DNA of 64,000 bases from an uncultured Anaerolineaceae bacterium (GTDB lineage Bacteria > Chloroflexota > Anaerolineae > Anaerolineales > Anaerolineaceae): contig CAYURM010000012.1 in NCBI GenBank assembly GCA_964447155.1, positions 14,916 to 78,915 of the forward strand. The letters run 5' to 3'. How positions within the stretch are numbered: position 1 is the stretch's first letter; every line of letters starts with the position of its first letter. Under the pieces are notes generated by a model. The model worked only from the letters and a program-made list of their open reading frames with translations, made no database searches and had not been told where the DNA came from. Of the stretch, positions 1 through 9,883 are shown in pieces. The translations under genes and the position numbers were made by a program.

Positions 1-670
1 CAAGCAATTGCAGGCTGAGGATAGCGTTCACCGAGTGGAAACCGGCAGCATACAGTCCTTCCAGGAACGCAATGTCACCGATGCGGGTCATTTGATCGGG
101 GTCTGACACCGGAATTAAACCCCCGGCCACCAACAGCAAACGGCTCTCTTCCTGCACCAGTTTCTGCTGCACAGTTTCCAGCAAATCCACATACGCCTGC
201 GGAGAAGGTGCCGCCCCCCAGCCCTGTTTTGTGTTTGCTCCCGGGAAAACTTCCACAGCCTTCATGCTGTTCGCATAGCGTTCCTCGAGAAAATGGATCA
301 GGTCAGCTGTGCTGGCAGGATCGGGGCCAGCCCCAGTCAGTACCCAGGCCGGCGGATTGAGGATGCGCATGCTGACACCAATTCCTTGCTCTTCTGCAAA
401 CCGCATAACCGTATCCAGGGATTGAAAATTTTGTGCTGTGTCACGGGCAGGAAACCAGACATTCCAATCAAAATCGACCATCAGCCAATCGGGATGCAGA
501 TTTCTGGCCTGGGTCAGCGCATTGGAAACGTGGCGTCCCAAAGGATTGATATTAACAGCGTATAAAAATTCTCCTGCATAGAAAAGCGGATTGGCACTCA
601 CCTGCTGCACCGGCAGAAGGCTGAGCGTCAATACGAGAAGAAGAATGAAGCAGCGGGAAGAAATTCGCAT
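1..670 (-). CDS. Secreted glycoside-hydrolase-like protein, N-terminal 223 codons (gene continues beyond the left edge)
   Basis: Absent from the ORF track because it has no stop in the window. Reading the minus strand from ATG 670-668 gives an uninterrupted frame to nt 1: MRISSRCFILLLVLTLSLLPVQQVSANPLFYAGEFLYAVNINPLGRHVSNALTQARNLHPDWLMVDFDWNVWFP... A hydrophobic signal peptide is followed by a beta/alpha-looking repeat pattern. Family not recognised with certainty. Confidence 0.55.
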   Translation of the reverse strand, partial: MRISSRCFILLLVLTLSLLPVQQVSANPLFYAGEFLYAVNINPLGRHVSNALTQARNLHPDWLMVDFDWNVWFPARDTAQNFQSLDTVMRFAEEQGIGVSMRILNPPAWVLTGAGPDPASTADLIHFLEERYANSMKAVEVFPGANTKQGWGAAPSPQAYVDLLETVQQKLVQEESRLLLVAGGLIPVSDPDQMTRIGDIAFLEGLYAAGFHSVNAILSLQLL

Positions 671-683
671 AATTATCCGCCCA

Positions 684-905
684 TCACTTCGCGATAGCCA
701 TCAGGAAAAAGATACCCATTCCCGATATGAAACCGGCCAAACCAGTTAATCCAACCGCCAGCCAATCCTGAAATACTTTTGGCTCCTGCCTCATGTGATA
801 AGCATCCCGATACACCCGCTGGGCAAGTTTGTTTTCCGAGAGCGCCTGAATGGTAATGTTCCAAAAAGAGAGTTCAAGCTGATACTGGATCTTTTTCATG
901 AGCAT
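684..905 (-). CDS. Small tail-anchored membrane protein (73 aa), hypothetical
   Basis: AAAGGA Shine-Dalgarno 7 nt upstream of ATG 905. C-terminal hydrophobic helix LAVGLTGLAGFISGMGIFFLMAIA. Same strand as ftsZ and tightly spaced downstream of it. Confidence 0.5.
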   Translation of the reverse strand: MLMKKIQYQLELSFWNITIQALSENKLAQRVYRDAYHMRQEPKVFQDWLAVGLTGLAGFISGMGIFFLMAIAK

Positions 906-926
906 AAGAATATCCTTTACCGTTGT

Positions 927-1145
927 TCAACGAGACGTTGTCATCTTGATGATCTTGCCTTTTGGATTGGCGATAACGCGAACCGTGCGAGGGATTGTTT
1001 TTCCATCCGCGGTTTTGGCCTTGAAATCAAAGATCAGCAGGGAAAGATCACCTTCATAAGGTTTCACTTTCGGTTTCTTCTTCACAGTTTCCGGGAAGCG
1101 TTTATTCACCTTCTCACAGACCTTTGCGATCGCTTGCTGATCCAT
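927..1145 (-). CDS. Small Lys-rich hypothetical protein (72 aa)
   Basis: Perfect AAGGAG SD that overlaps the ftsZ stop codon (GGATAAGGAGCAAAATG), with an 8-nt gap to ftsZ, so it is probably translationally linked. No recognisable family. Confidence 0.6.
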   Translation of the reverse strand: MDQQAIAKVCEKVNKRFPETVKKKPKVKPYEGDLSLLIFDFKAKTADGKTIPRTVRVIANPKGKIIKMTTSR

Positions 1146-1153
1146 TTTGCTCC

Positions 1154-2332
1154 TTATCCGAAGCGCACTCGACGGCGCAGAAATGCAGGGATATCGAGGT
1201 TATTACTGTCAACGCACATTTCCATTGCTGCCGAGGGAACTTGCTGCGGTACGCGGGATACCACCCCGACCAGCTCCGCTTCCTGCAGTTCAGGGACAGC
1301 GGCTTCCATTTTTTGCTCCTGCTTCATCTGCATCGGGGCCGCCACTGGGGTACCGCTCAGACCGGTAATCACCATAATGACCTGCACGCGGTCATTCATC
1401 TCATCATTGCTGATAATCCCGGGGATGATACAGGCCTGATCGCTGGTCTGTCTTTGCAGTTCCATCAAAGCCTGTGAGGTTTCCAGGAAGGAAAGGTCTG
1501 TACCTCCGGTGAAGTTGCAGATGATGCCCGTAGCATTTTCCAGGGGAATAGATTCAAGGATGGGGTGATTAAGCGCCTGGTGGATCGCATCACTGGCCTT
1601 GTTCACACCGTGACCCTGACCAATGGAAAGCAGCGCCCCGCCGCCAGATTTCATCATGCTGCAAATATGGGAGAAATCCACATTGATCAATCCAGGCTGG
1701 GTAATCAGTTCAGATATCCCCTGAATACCCTGGCGCAGCACATCATCTGCCAGGCGGAAAGCCAGCTCAAGCGGCAGGTCTTTGGGTGCCACGGCCAGCA
1801 GCCTGTCGTTGGGAACGGTGATCAACGTATCAGAATATTTTCGCAGTTCTTTCAACCCATCACGGGCATTAGCCTGCCGGCGTCCCATTTCAAAAGAGAA
1901 AGGAGTGGTGACCACCGCCACCGTTAGCGCACCAATTTCCTGAGCGATACGAGCAGCAACCGGGATCGAACCCGTCCCCGTTCCGCCGCCCATTCCAGCG
2001 GTTAGAAAGACCAGATCGGCTCCCTCCAATGCTGCCCGAATCTCTTTATGGCTCTCCTCGGCAGCAAGTTTACCAATCTCCGGGTTACCGCCCGCCCCCA
2101 GGCCGCGGGTCAGCCGTGGGCCAATCTGAAGCCTTGTCTCAGCCAGCGAATTTTCCAGCGCCTGTTGGTCTGTATTTGCGGCAATATACTCGACCCCGCC
2201 CAGGCCCAGTTCGATCATCCGATTGACTGCGTTTGATCCGCCGCCGCCCAGGCCAAAAACTTTCAGCACAGGTTTGTGTGCTTCAATGGGCGTATGTTTG
2301 ATTGGGAGGAATGGATTAGTAGCACTGTTCAT
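1154..2332 (-). CDS. ftsZ: Cell division GTPase FtsZ
   Basis: [20 protein letters not shown], the [10 protein letters not shown] tubulin/FtsZ signature and a C-terminal DIPAFLRRR peptide. Start placed at MNSATNPF (ATG 2332, GAGGTGA SD 5 nt upstream) instead of the track start 2374. Confidence 0.97.
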   Translation of the reverse strand: MNSATNPFLPIKHTPIEAHKPVLKVFGLGGGGSNAVNRMIELGLGGVEYIAANTDQQALENSLAETRLQIGPRLTRGLGAGGNPEIGKLAAEESHKEIRAALEGADLVFLTAGMGGGTGTGSIPVAARIAQEIGALTVAVVTTPFSFEMGRRQANARDGLKELRKYSDTLITVPNDRLLAVAPKDLPLELAFRLADDVLRQGIQGISELITQPGLINVDFSHICSMMKSGGGALLSIGQGHGVNKASDAIHQALNHPILESIPLENATGIICNFTGGTDLSFLETSQALMELQRQTSDQACIIPGIISNDEMNDRVQVIMVITGLSGTPVAAPMQMKQEQKMEAAVPELQEAELVGVVSRVPQQVPSAAMEMCVDSNNLDIPAFLRRRVRFG

Positions 2333-2377
2333 TTTTTCACCTCGTATTAGACCGCATTGATCAACAAGTTGCAATTA

Positions 2378-3472
2378 CTATGCCATCTGTATTCCACAAC
2401 CACAAGACTCCTGATTCTCTTCCTGCTGACACACAGAAAAATACCGCTCAATTTCTTTGACAATCGGCTTTGGCCGTCGATTTTCGCAGAACCAGGCGTC
2501 TTCAGCCCAGAAATCTGCCTGCTCCGCGGCCAGCAGCCAGAAATTGCAGGACACCACAGAATCATCAATCGCGCGCAGCATCGTCTTGGGGTCTTCAGGC
2601 GTGGTGAGCTTCTCTCGCATCAACAGGCGGAGAATTGCCATATTAGTATCAGTGTGCTGTTCCTCATTGACTGTATCATGGGGCTGCAGCGGATCACCGG
2701 CTGCACCAGCCTGCAAAAGAAAAATCGGACAGGTTTCCCCAAGCACTTCCTGAAAAATGGTTTGATACCAGTCGAAAACATGAAACCCGCGATGATCTTC
2801 ATGACCGGCACGGGTAAAGTAAGGGCGCGCACCAGGCCATTCCCGCGGGCCACCCGCTCCCCAGTTAAGGGACTGCCCATGCGTCCAGGCATAAGCAGTG
2901 AGGACAAGATGATCAAGAATATCTTTTTCACGTGTCTCTACCAGGCTCTCCAGCACGCCGCGCAGGAAACTCGTATCCCAATAATTACCGCCCGGCTCCA
3001 AAGGGGGCATCAACGGCAGCAAATTGTGCGTCAAGGTCAGCTTGGCCAGTGGCAAATAATGGGTCAAAAAATGCTGAACCAGGTCTTTGTTGGTCCAGTT
3101 GACCATGTGCCAGGCAGTATGAATGTTTGGCCGCTCCGACAGGATGATCCCGTTCGCGCCCCATTTTTTATATGCGCTGAAAAGTAGTGTGAGATCAGCA
3201 TCCTGTGGAGGGCGCTCCAGATTCAGGTTGAACTGAATGATCGGTTCAATGCCCGCTTGCACCAGCCCGCTGATAAAATATTCCGGGATAGCACGCTGAA
3301 CATCAGATTTCAGCACAAGCCAGGAGGCATTCAAGGCTTTCAACTGCGGCAGCCAGGCATGCAAGTCACTCTGTCGGTAATGCAGGGTATCCGGGTAATA
3401 ATGGAACCCGATTCGGGTATTTTGTTCTGAAAAAAAGGGTTGTGTGGCTTCCATGTCGGCATTCGTCCTCAT
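2378..3472 (-). CDS. Hypothetical cytoplasmic protein, possibly TIM-barrel glycosidase-like
   Basis: 364-aa ORF ending 45 nt upstream of the ftsZ start. Alternating strand/helix pattern (WLVLKSD, IIQFNL, GIILSERPN, LVLTAYAW). No signal peptide. Alternative start ATG 3454. Confidence 0.6.
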   Translation of the reverse strand: MRTNADMEATQPFFSEQNTRIGFHYYPDTLHYRQSDLHAWLPQLKALNASWLVLKSDVQRAIPEYFISGLVQAGIEPIIQFNLNLERPPQDADLTLLFSAYKKWGANGIILSERPNIHTAWHMVNWTNKDLVQHFLTHYLPLAKLTLTHNLLPLMPPLEPGGNYWDTSFLRGVLESLVETREKDILDHLVLTAYAWTHGQSLNWGAGGPREWPGARPYFTRAGHEDHRGFHVFDWYQTIFQEVLGETCPIFLLQAGAAGDPLQPHDTVNEEQHTDTNMAILRLLMREKLTTPEDPKTMLRAIDDSVVSCNFWLLAAEQADFWAEDAWFCENRRPKPIVKEIERYFSVCQQEENQESCGCGIQMA

Positions 3473-3755
3473 CTTCGCGGTTATACGACAAAGGTAGCAA
3501 GAACTGTGCCGGGGAAGGCACTACATACTGGAGAAAATAATTGATAATAACATCTGCCAGTGCGCCGACCTCAAAAAGCCCCCTTTGCCAAAAGGTACAG
3601 GAAGGAGATTTATTCAATATAAACGGGCTTCTCAATGCCAATATGTGAAATTTTTTCATCTGGGCATCAATGACACACAGCACAGTCGCATTCGAGCAAA
3701 ATCAACCCCAGTTTTATGTCTGAATTTGCAACTTCATCTATCTGGGGCTTCTTTC

Positions 3756-3764
3756 TGCTATAAT
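3756..3764 (+). promoter_or_regulatory. Extended -10 promoter element TGcTATAAT
   Basis: TGCTATAAT at 3756-3764. Only 6 nt separate the hexamer from ATG 3771, and there is no SD in between. Confidence 0.4.
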
Positions 3765-3770
3765 TTTTAA

Positions 3771-4664
3771 ATGATGATCTTTGTAACCGGTGGTACAGGT
3801 TTCATTGGGGAAGCGTTGGTGCGGCAGTTGGTAGCAACTGGCAGGCCCGTACGGGTACTCTTAAAACCCTCACCCAGATCGCCAAAAATCCCTAAAGGCG
3901 TTGCCCTGGATGTCGCTGTTTCCAGCCTGCTGGACGAGCGCAGTCTTCGCTCTGCCATGAAAGGCGTAGATACCATCTTTCATCTTGCCAGCGCTGAACG
4001 TCAGGGTATCCGTGGAGACCTGTCGCAGGTAGATGTGGAAGGGACGCGTATTTTATCCAAAGTGGCTGCCGAAGCGAATGTATCGCGCATTTTCTATTTG
4101 AGCCACCTGGGTGCTGACCGCGCTTCAGCCTATCCAGTGTTGAAAGCAAAGGCACTGGCCGAAAACCATCTCATCCAGAGCGGGATCGACTACACCATCT
4201 TTCGCTCGGCCGTCGTATATGGCCTGCACGATCAGTTCACCAGTCCCTTAACTGCTTTGTTAAAACATATTCCCTTTGTTTTTCCGCTGCCGGGTGACGG
4301 CAGCAGCCTCATCCAGCCCCTATGGGTAGAAGACCTGGTCACCTGTCTAATGATTGCCCTGGAAGAGGACCGCACGATCGGCCAAATTTATGAAGTCGGC
4401 GGGTCGGAAACCTTTTCCATCCGGCAGGTGGTCGAAATCCTGCAAGATAAACTGCATATCCGGCGGCGCCTGGTCGAAATCCCCCAACCTTACCTGCGTT
4501 TTGCCTTCCTTACCCTGGGCCAGGTGTTTAAACAATTTGCCATGTCATACTATGCTCTGGATTATCTTTCGGCCGACCGCACCTGCCCGCTCGATACCCT
4601 GCCGCGCCTTTTCGGCTTGATGCCCGAACGCTTTACACACCAATTGGATTATCTGCTGCATTAA
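3771..4664 (+). CDS. NAD(P)-binding atypical SDR (NmrA / NDUFA9-like epimerase-dehydratase family)
   Basis: Rossmann motif MIFVTGGTGFIGEALV at the N-terminus and a YPVLK (YxxxK) motif. 297 aa. Confidence 0.85.
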   Translation: MMIFVTGGTGFIGEALVRQLVATGRPVRVLLKPSPRSPKIPKGVALDVAVSSLLDERSLRSAMKGVDTIFHLASAERQGIRGDLSQVDVEGTRILSKVAAEANVSRIFYLSHLGADRASAYPVLKAKALAENHLIQSGIDYTIFRSAVVYGLHDQFTSPLTALLKHIPFVFPLPGDGSSLIQPLWVEDLVTCLMIALEEDRTIGQIYEVGGSETFSIRQVVEILQDKLHIRRRLVEIPQPYLRFAFLTLGQVFKQFAMSYYALDYLSADRTCPLDTLPRLFGLMPERFTHQLDYLLH

Positions 4665-4688
4665 AAAGCTTCAAGGACACCAACCTTC

Positions 4689-6137
4689 ATGACCAACAAA
4701 GCAGTCTGCATTCACGGACATTTCTACCAGCCTCCCCGCGAAGACCCGCTTACCGGCCTCATTCCGCGTGAACCAGGAGCTGAACCCTTTGCAAACTGGA
4801 ACGAGCGCATCCTGGCACATTGTTACCGGCCCAATGCCGCCCTGGGAAATTTTGAGCGCATCAGTTTTAATATCGGTCCCACCCTGACACGCTGGATGAA
4901 TGACCATCACCCGGATATCCTGGAAAAGATCATCCAGCAAGACGGACACAATATGGATCGCTTTGGCGTGGGAAATGCCATCGCCCAGCCTTACCATCAC
5001 ACCATTTTGCCGCTTGCCACCCGCGAGGACAAAGAAACTCAGGTACGTTGGGGTATCATGGACTTCAAAGCCCATTTCGGCCACGCCCCGGCAGGCATGT
5101 GGCTGCCCGAAACCGCGGTGGATATCGAGACCCTGGAAATTCTGGCCTTGAATGCGATCCAGTTCACCATTCTGGCACCCTGGCAGGCGTTGAAAAAAAA
5201 CATTGACGTTACCAAACCCTACTTCGTGCCCCTGCCAGATAATAAATGGATCACCATTTTCTTTTATACGGAGGATTTAAGTGGACGCATCAGCTTTGAT
5301 CCATCGATCACATCCGATGCAGATCACTTTGTCAAAGACTTCCTCCTGCCGAAATATGGGTTAAACGCTGACAGAAAAAAAGATAAACCAGAATTATTTA
5401 CCATTGCTACCGATGGTGAGCTTTATGGACATCATCAATCCTTCCGTGATAAATTTCTGCAAAGGCTGACCACAAAATCTTTGAAATCCCAGGGGATTGA
5501 TTTAACTTTCCCCGCCTTGTGGCTCAAAGACTATCCTGCAAACGAAATGATGGCAATTCGTCCTTATACTTCATGGAGCTGTTCGCACGGTGTCCTCCGT
5601 TGGGAGAATGAATGCGGCTGCACCCCCAATGGCGGATGGAAACAGCCGCTGCGCAGCGCCTTGAATCAAATTGCTGCCGTTGTGGACCAGGAATATCTCA
5701 AAGTCATGCGCAAATATCCCGTCAATCCCTGGGAATTACGCAATGCCTATGGTCTGGTGTTGGCGGGTGTAAAAAGCGAGGAAAAGTTGATTGAATCGGT
5801 GCTGCGCGTGCCGCTCAGTCAGGGAGAAATGCAGACCCTCCAGATCCTGCTGGCGGCGCAGTATGAACGCCAGCGAATTTTCACTTCCTGTGGCTGGTTC
5901 TTTGATGATTTTGGACGTATCGAACCGCAGAATAATGTAGCCTATGCTGCCCAGGCAGTCTGGTTAACCTATCTGGCAACCGGCGTTGACCTCACCATGC
6001 AGGCCATGGCCTGGCTGAGGCCGGTAAAAAGCTGGCGCAATTCTGTACAGGCGGATGAGGTCTTCATGCAGCACCTTAACCACGCCAAAGCCGCAGCCCT
6101 CAGCCTGTCGAAATGGAGCACCAACAGGGAAAACTAA
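4689..6137 (+). CDS. Glycoside hydrolase family 57 protein (alpha-glucan active)
   Basis: N-terminal CIHGHFYQPPRE GH57 signature, WLPETAVD (nucleophile Glu region) and IATDGELYGHH (acid/base Asp region). Confidence 0.9.
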   Translation: MTNKAVCIHGHFYQPPREDPLTGLIPREPGAEPFANWNERILAHCYRPNAALGNFERISFNIGPTLTRWMNDHHPDILEKIIQQDGHNMDRFGVGNAIAQPYHHTILPLATREDKETQVRWGIMDFKAHFGHAPAGMWLPETAVDIETLEILALNAIQFTILAPWQALKKNIDVTKPYFVPLPDNKWITIFFYTEDLSGRISFDPSITSDADHFVKDFLLPKYGLNADRKKDKPELFTIATDGELYGHHQSFRDKFLQRLTTKSLKSQGIDLTFPALWLKDYPANEMMAIRPYTSWSCSHGVLRWENECGCTPNGGWKQPLRSALNQIAAVVDQEYLKVMRKYPVNPWELRNAYGLVLAGVKSEEKLIESVLRVPLSQGEMQTLQILLAAQYERQRIFTSCGWFFDDFGRIEPQNNVAYAAQAVWLTYLATGVDLTMQAMAWLRPVKSWRNSVQADEVFMQHLNHAKAAALSLSKWSTNREN

Positions 6138-6185
6138 GAAACGGTTTATGATCAGTACAAACCAATTGATCAATTAAAACAAAAA

Positions 6186-6216
6186 TGGTGCGTTCAAAAG
6201 CGAACGCACCATTTCA
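6186..6216. terminator. Bidirectional rho-independent terminator between convergent GH57 and GH13 genes
   Basis: 10-bp stem TGGTGCGTTC / GAACGCACCA (6186-6195 / 6202-6211) with a 6-nt loop, flanked by AAAAA on the left and TTT on the right. Confidence 0.7.
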
Positions 6217-6331
6217 TCAAGCCCCGTTTCAAAATGCCGTCCTTTTAATCACTCCCTCAAACAAGGATGCATTCGCTCACCTGTGGCGAACACACCCTTC
6301 AGTAATTCCAGTGTTTTATTGCTGCAAACCT

Positions 6332-9300
6332 CTATTCTTTCAACCCCTCCAGCAGCAGCACCACCTGATACTTTGACTCTTCCTGTGCAGCCGTCAAAAC
6401 CTGCACATCCGCATTCAGGCCGAGGACAAGCTCCACAAAATCACTCGCTGTGAAATCCGGCTGCGCAACAGCAGAAAGCACAGCACTGGCTGTCATCCAC
6501 CACACAAACTCTTCAAACGATTCCTTGTTGTACCACAGCACGCTTTTATGGCGGTTCACACCCAGAAAACGTTGAATTTCCTCTGCCGACAACCAATCCG
6601 TCACGCTCTGGAAAAGCCCCTCCTTCTTGCGCTGCGCCAGCCAGCCCTGCTCACGGATCAACAACTGGATAACGTTCACCATTTCGGCAGTTCTTTCCGG
6701 CGCAATACCGAAAGCCTGATAACAATTTTGCAACAGGCTGGAAAGCCGCCACTCCTGGAAGAAACTCAAGCTTTGTTCGGCATACGCCTTCTCCTCCCCT
6801 GCCTTGCCAATATCCCGGACGAACAGGAAGGCGAACAGCACCAGCCAGCGCTCCGGATTCTCGTCCAGTCCACTCTGCAAGGCTTTCAGTGCCGTTTGGT
6901 AAACCTTGCCGCCGGGCAGGGGATAATGCGTCTGGTCAATCAGCGGCCAGCACAGCAGCACATCCAGCGTGGCAGACAACCGCTGCTGTAAGGCTTGCCT
7001 ATCCATTTCCAGACCTGTCAAAGCGTGAATGCCGTCAAGGAAAGCCTTATATTTTTTCTCAGCTTCGGAAAGCAATGCGTCATCCACCCTCTCAGTTTTT
7101 TCGAGGCAGCGCGCATCCAGCAAATACCGAAAATATCCATGGTTCGCAATCTGCTGGAAAGGATTTAGCACCGGCTGTAACAGCAGCTCCACCAGAGCCT
7201 GCTGAACGCTCGGTACACCGCGTCCGCCCAGATAGTCATACAGCCGCCGGTAAGAAGAGAATTCATCGTCCTGCACCTGGCGAACATCCACAAAGGCATG
7301 ACACCCATAAGCATCCAGTTCCACGAAAAGCCCGTGATCGGCAATTTCCTGCGTATTGCGCAGGTACTCCAGATTGGTGGACTGGTCCCACATAATCAGG
7401 TAGGTGTTCGGGTCGGACCTCAGTCCCAGCGCGCCGGCCAGATCCGTTTGCTGCATACCCCCACTGCCGTCTTTGGGGTTAAAGGCCGCCGAGATACGCA
7501 CATAGCCCCTGGTTTGCGCAAATTTATTGTGATACACCACCAGATTGCGGCGATCCCCCAAACCATTGCTGAAAGCATACACATTCTCATCCACCCCGCC
7601 GCCCTCAGCGTAAAAATCAAACAGGCGGAAGTTCTCAATCCCGGCAAATTCAGCACGCCGGTGAAGCAGGGGAAAAATTTGACGCTCATGACGGTAGATC
7701 AGATCGGCACGGGGAGTTTCATCCCAATAGGCTTTCATATACTCCATGCCATATTTCTCGGCAAAGCCTTCGATCTGTCCGTGACCGAACATCGGCAGGC
7801 CAGGCAGGGTCGCCATCAAGGTACAAATCCCGAAATACTTATCCCCATCCCCAAACTGTTCGATGGCCGTGCGCTCGTCCGGATTGTTCATAAAGTTGAC
7901 AAAACGTTTGAGAATTTCCGGGTCGTATTCCAGCGTGTTTTTCAGGATCAGGCGGTATTTGGCATTCTCCTCATCACGCAGGATGTTCATAAACGCACTG
8001 TTATACACGCGGTGCATCCCCAGGGTGCGCACAAAATAACTTTCCATCATCCAGAACGCTTCCGCTAGCAATAACGTATCCGGCGCTTCCTGGGCAACCC
8101 GGTCAACCACTTCCCGCCAGAATTCAGTGCGGAACAAGGCATCAAACTGCTCCCGCGTCATCCCGTGCTCAGCACGAGAGGCAATGTCACCACCACTGCC
8201 CGGCTCAGGGAACCACAAACGCTGGTAATGCTTTTTCGCCAGGGTCATCGCCGCGTCAAAGCGGATGATCGGGAAGCGCCGGGCGACATCAAGGATTGTC
8301 TGGATCACTTGCTCGCGCACCTCCGGGTTCAGATAATTCAACTGGGCCGTATCGTTCCACGGCATGCTGGTGCCATCATTTCCATGATAAACATACGTCG
8401 TCCGCCAGGTCTGGTGATCTTCGCGTTTAAATACCACAGCCGCGTCAGTACGGTCATAATAATGATCTTCAATATGAATACCAACCCGCGGATCGCGCGA
8501 TAGATCAGGCCCATTGAACGTATACGAAGGAAAGGGAGAGTAATCCAGCGAGAGGAACCATTCAGGATGTTCGGCTACCCACCAGGAGTCAATTGCCATG
8601 TGGTTAGGCACCATGTCACTCGCCAGACGGATGCCGCGCTGCCAGGCACGACTCTTCAAATTGCGGTAAGCGTCTTCTCCGCCCAGGTCATTGGCAATAT
8701 CATAAGAGTAGAGCGAATAGGCCGAGGAAATCGCTTCCGGGTTGCCGCAAAGCTGCTTGATTCGGGCAGAAGCCGTACTGCGCTCCCACAGACCAATCAG
8801 CCACAGGCCGGTGAAGCCTTCGCGGGCAAGCAAATCCAGCTCTTCATCGGGAATCTCGTCGAGACGCCTGATTTCGCGCTCATATTTGTCAGAAAGCTGG
8901 CTAAGCCACACAAAGGTATTTTTCGCGATCATCACCACGCGCGGCATCCACTCTCGATCCGGGCTGAAATTCTCGTCATCTTCCATCCCCGCCAGATAAT
9001 CATACACAGGAATGGCAATCGGTCCGGGGCCAGTGAAGCTCATCTTTTCTTCTTCTTTAATCAAGTCAAGGCTGCTGAGCAAACGGTACAGATAAGATCC
9101 AAGCAAACCAGACCAGCGCGAGCGGATATATTCCAACTGACCGGTGAGGGAATGGGGAACCGCAATCGCCGGGCTGCGCAGCATGTCAATCAAGTTCTGC
9201 TGTTCCGGGCCGAAAGGCGGCTGGGTTTCAAAGAATTTGTAAAGCTCTTGCATCACCCTGCGATATGAAGAGAATTTTTCCAGGCGGTTATCATCAAACA

Positions 9301-9796
9301 ATTCAAGATAGGGCGCAAAAGCCGGATTTTTATTAGCAACCCACAACATCAGCATTTCTTCCAACGTGGCGTGGGTATTCGGTGTACCATCATTGGCGCT
9401 GCCCGCCAGATATTCCGCCTCATCCAGGGCGTTAAGGTACACATTCAGCGGGGGAAAATCTTTTGTAAATGCACGCAGCGTATCTGCCAGTTCTTCCTGG
9501 CCGACTTTCTCTTCCAGCCAGGTCATCGCCTCTGCCATGGCCTGCGGATTCACTTCCTGCCGGTAAAGCGACATCACAAAATGCAGAATCTCGTCAATCA
9601 ACCCCATTGCATTCACCTGACCCGCCTTAACCGCCTGCTCAGGAAAATTGGCAAGGTCTTTCTTCTTGTTCATCTGCTGCACAAAAACCCGCACAGCATG
9701 GAAATTGGCAAAGATCACATTGCCATTGAAAGAAAAAAGTTCCTGATTAAATTTATAACGGTCGCGCGATTCTCGGGATATGTGGAATTCCATCAT
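6332..9796 (-). CDS. Large (1154 aa) alpha-amylase-family (GH13) protein with long N- and C-terminal extensions
   Basis: GH13 regions I-IV are recognisable: DMVPNH, IIRFDAAM, LLLAEAFW, FMNNPDE. AGGAG SD 8 nt upstream of ATG 9796. No signal peptide. Confidence 0.9.
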   Translation of the reverse strand: MMEFHISRESRDRYKFNQELFSFNGNVIFANFHAVRVFVQQMNKKKDLANFPEQAVKAGQVNAMGLIDEILHFVMSLYRQEVNPQAMAEAMTWLEEKVGQEELADTLRAFTKDFPPLNVYLNALDEAEYLAGSANDGTPNTHATLEEMLMLWVANKNPAFAPYLELFDDNRLEKFSSYRRVMQELYKFFETQPPFGPEQQNLIDMLRSPAIAVPHSLTGQLEYIRSRWSGLLGSYLYRLLSSLDLIKEEEKMSFTGPGPIAIPVYDYLAGMEDDENFSPDREWMPRVVMIAKNTFVWLSQLSDKYEREIRRLDEIPDEELDLLAREGFTGLWLIGLWERSTASARIKQLCGNPEAISSAYSLYSYDIANDLGGEDAYRNLKSRAWQRGIRLASDMVPNHMAIDSWWVAEHPEWFLSLDYSPFPSYTFNGPDLSRDPRVGIHIEDHYYDRTDAAVVFKREDHQTWRTTYVYHGNDGTSMPWNDTAQLNYLNPEVREQVIQTILDVARRFPIIRFDAAMTLAKKHYQRLWFPEPGSGGDIASRAEHGMTREQFDALFRTEFWREVVDRVAQEAPDTLLLAEAFWMMESYFVRTLGMHRVYNSAFMNILRDEENAKYRLILKNTLEYDPEILKRFVNFMNNPDERTAIEQFGDGDKYFGICTLMATLPGLPMFGHGQIEGFAEKYGMEYMKAYWDETPRADLIYRHERQIFPLLHRRAEFAGIENFRLFDFYAEGGGVDENVYAFSNGLGDRRNLVVYHNKFAQTRGYVRISAAFNPKDGSGGMQQTDLAGALGLRSDPNTYLIMWDQSTNLEYLRNTQEIADHGLFVELDAYGCHAFVDVRQVQDDEFSSYRRLYDYLGGRGVPSVQQALVELLLQPVLNPFQQIANHGYFRYLLDARCLEKTERVDDALLSEAEKKYKAFLDGIHALTGLEMDRQALQQRLSATLDVLLCWPLIDQTHYPLPGGKVYQTALKALQSGLDENPERWLVLFAFLFVRDIGKAGEEKAYAEQSLSFFQEWRLSSLLQNCYQAFGIAPERTAEMVNVIQLLIREQGWLAQRKKEGLFQSVTDWLSAEEIQRFLGVNRHKSVLWYNKESFEEFVWWMTASAVLSAVAQPDFTASDFVELVLGLNADVQVLTAAQEESKYQVVLLLEGLKE

Positions 9797-9883
9797 GGAA
9801 GTACTCCTGCTCTACTTTTGATTGATGCTTTAATTGTATATTGAATTAATGATTATGGGGGGTATTTCCTGGAATTTCTTTTT

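Noticed and set aside
795-1439. 214-aa plus-strand ORF (with the overlapping ORFs 1124-1477 and 1147-1368) across the ftsZ 3' end and the small downstream ORFs
   Set aside because: It is antisense to FtsZ, whose identity is unambiguous, and to SD-preceded small ORFs. Its composition is low-complexity and Arg/Cys-rich, which is typical of shadow frames.
8567-9268. Long antisense ORFs inside the GH13 gene (for example 7298-8068, 8567-9268, 9371-9844)
   Set aside because: These are shadow ORFs opposite a 1154-aa gene with clear GH13 motifs. They lack SDs and have biased Arg/His-rich composition.
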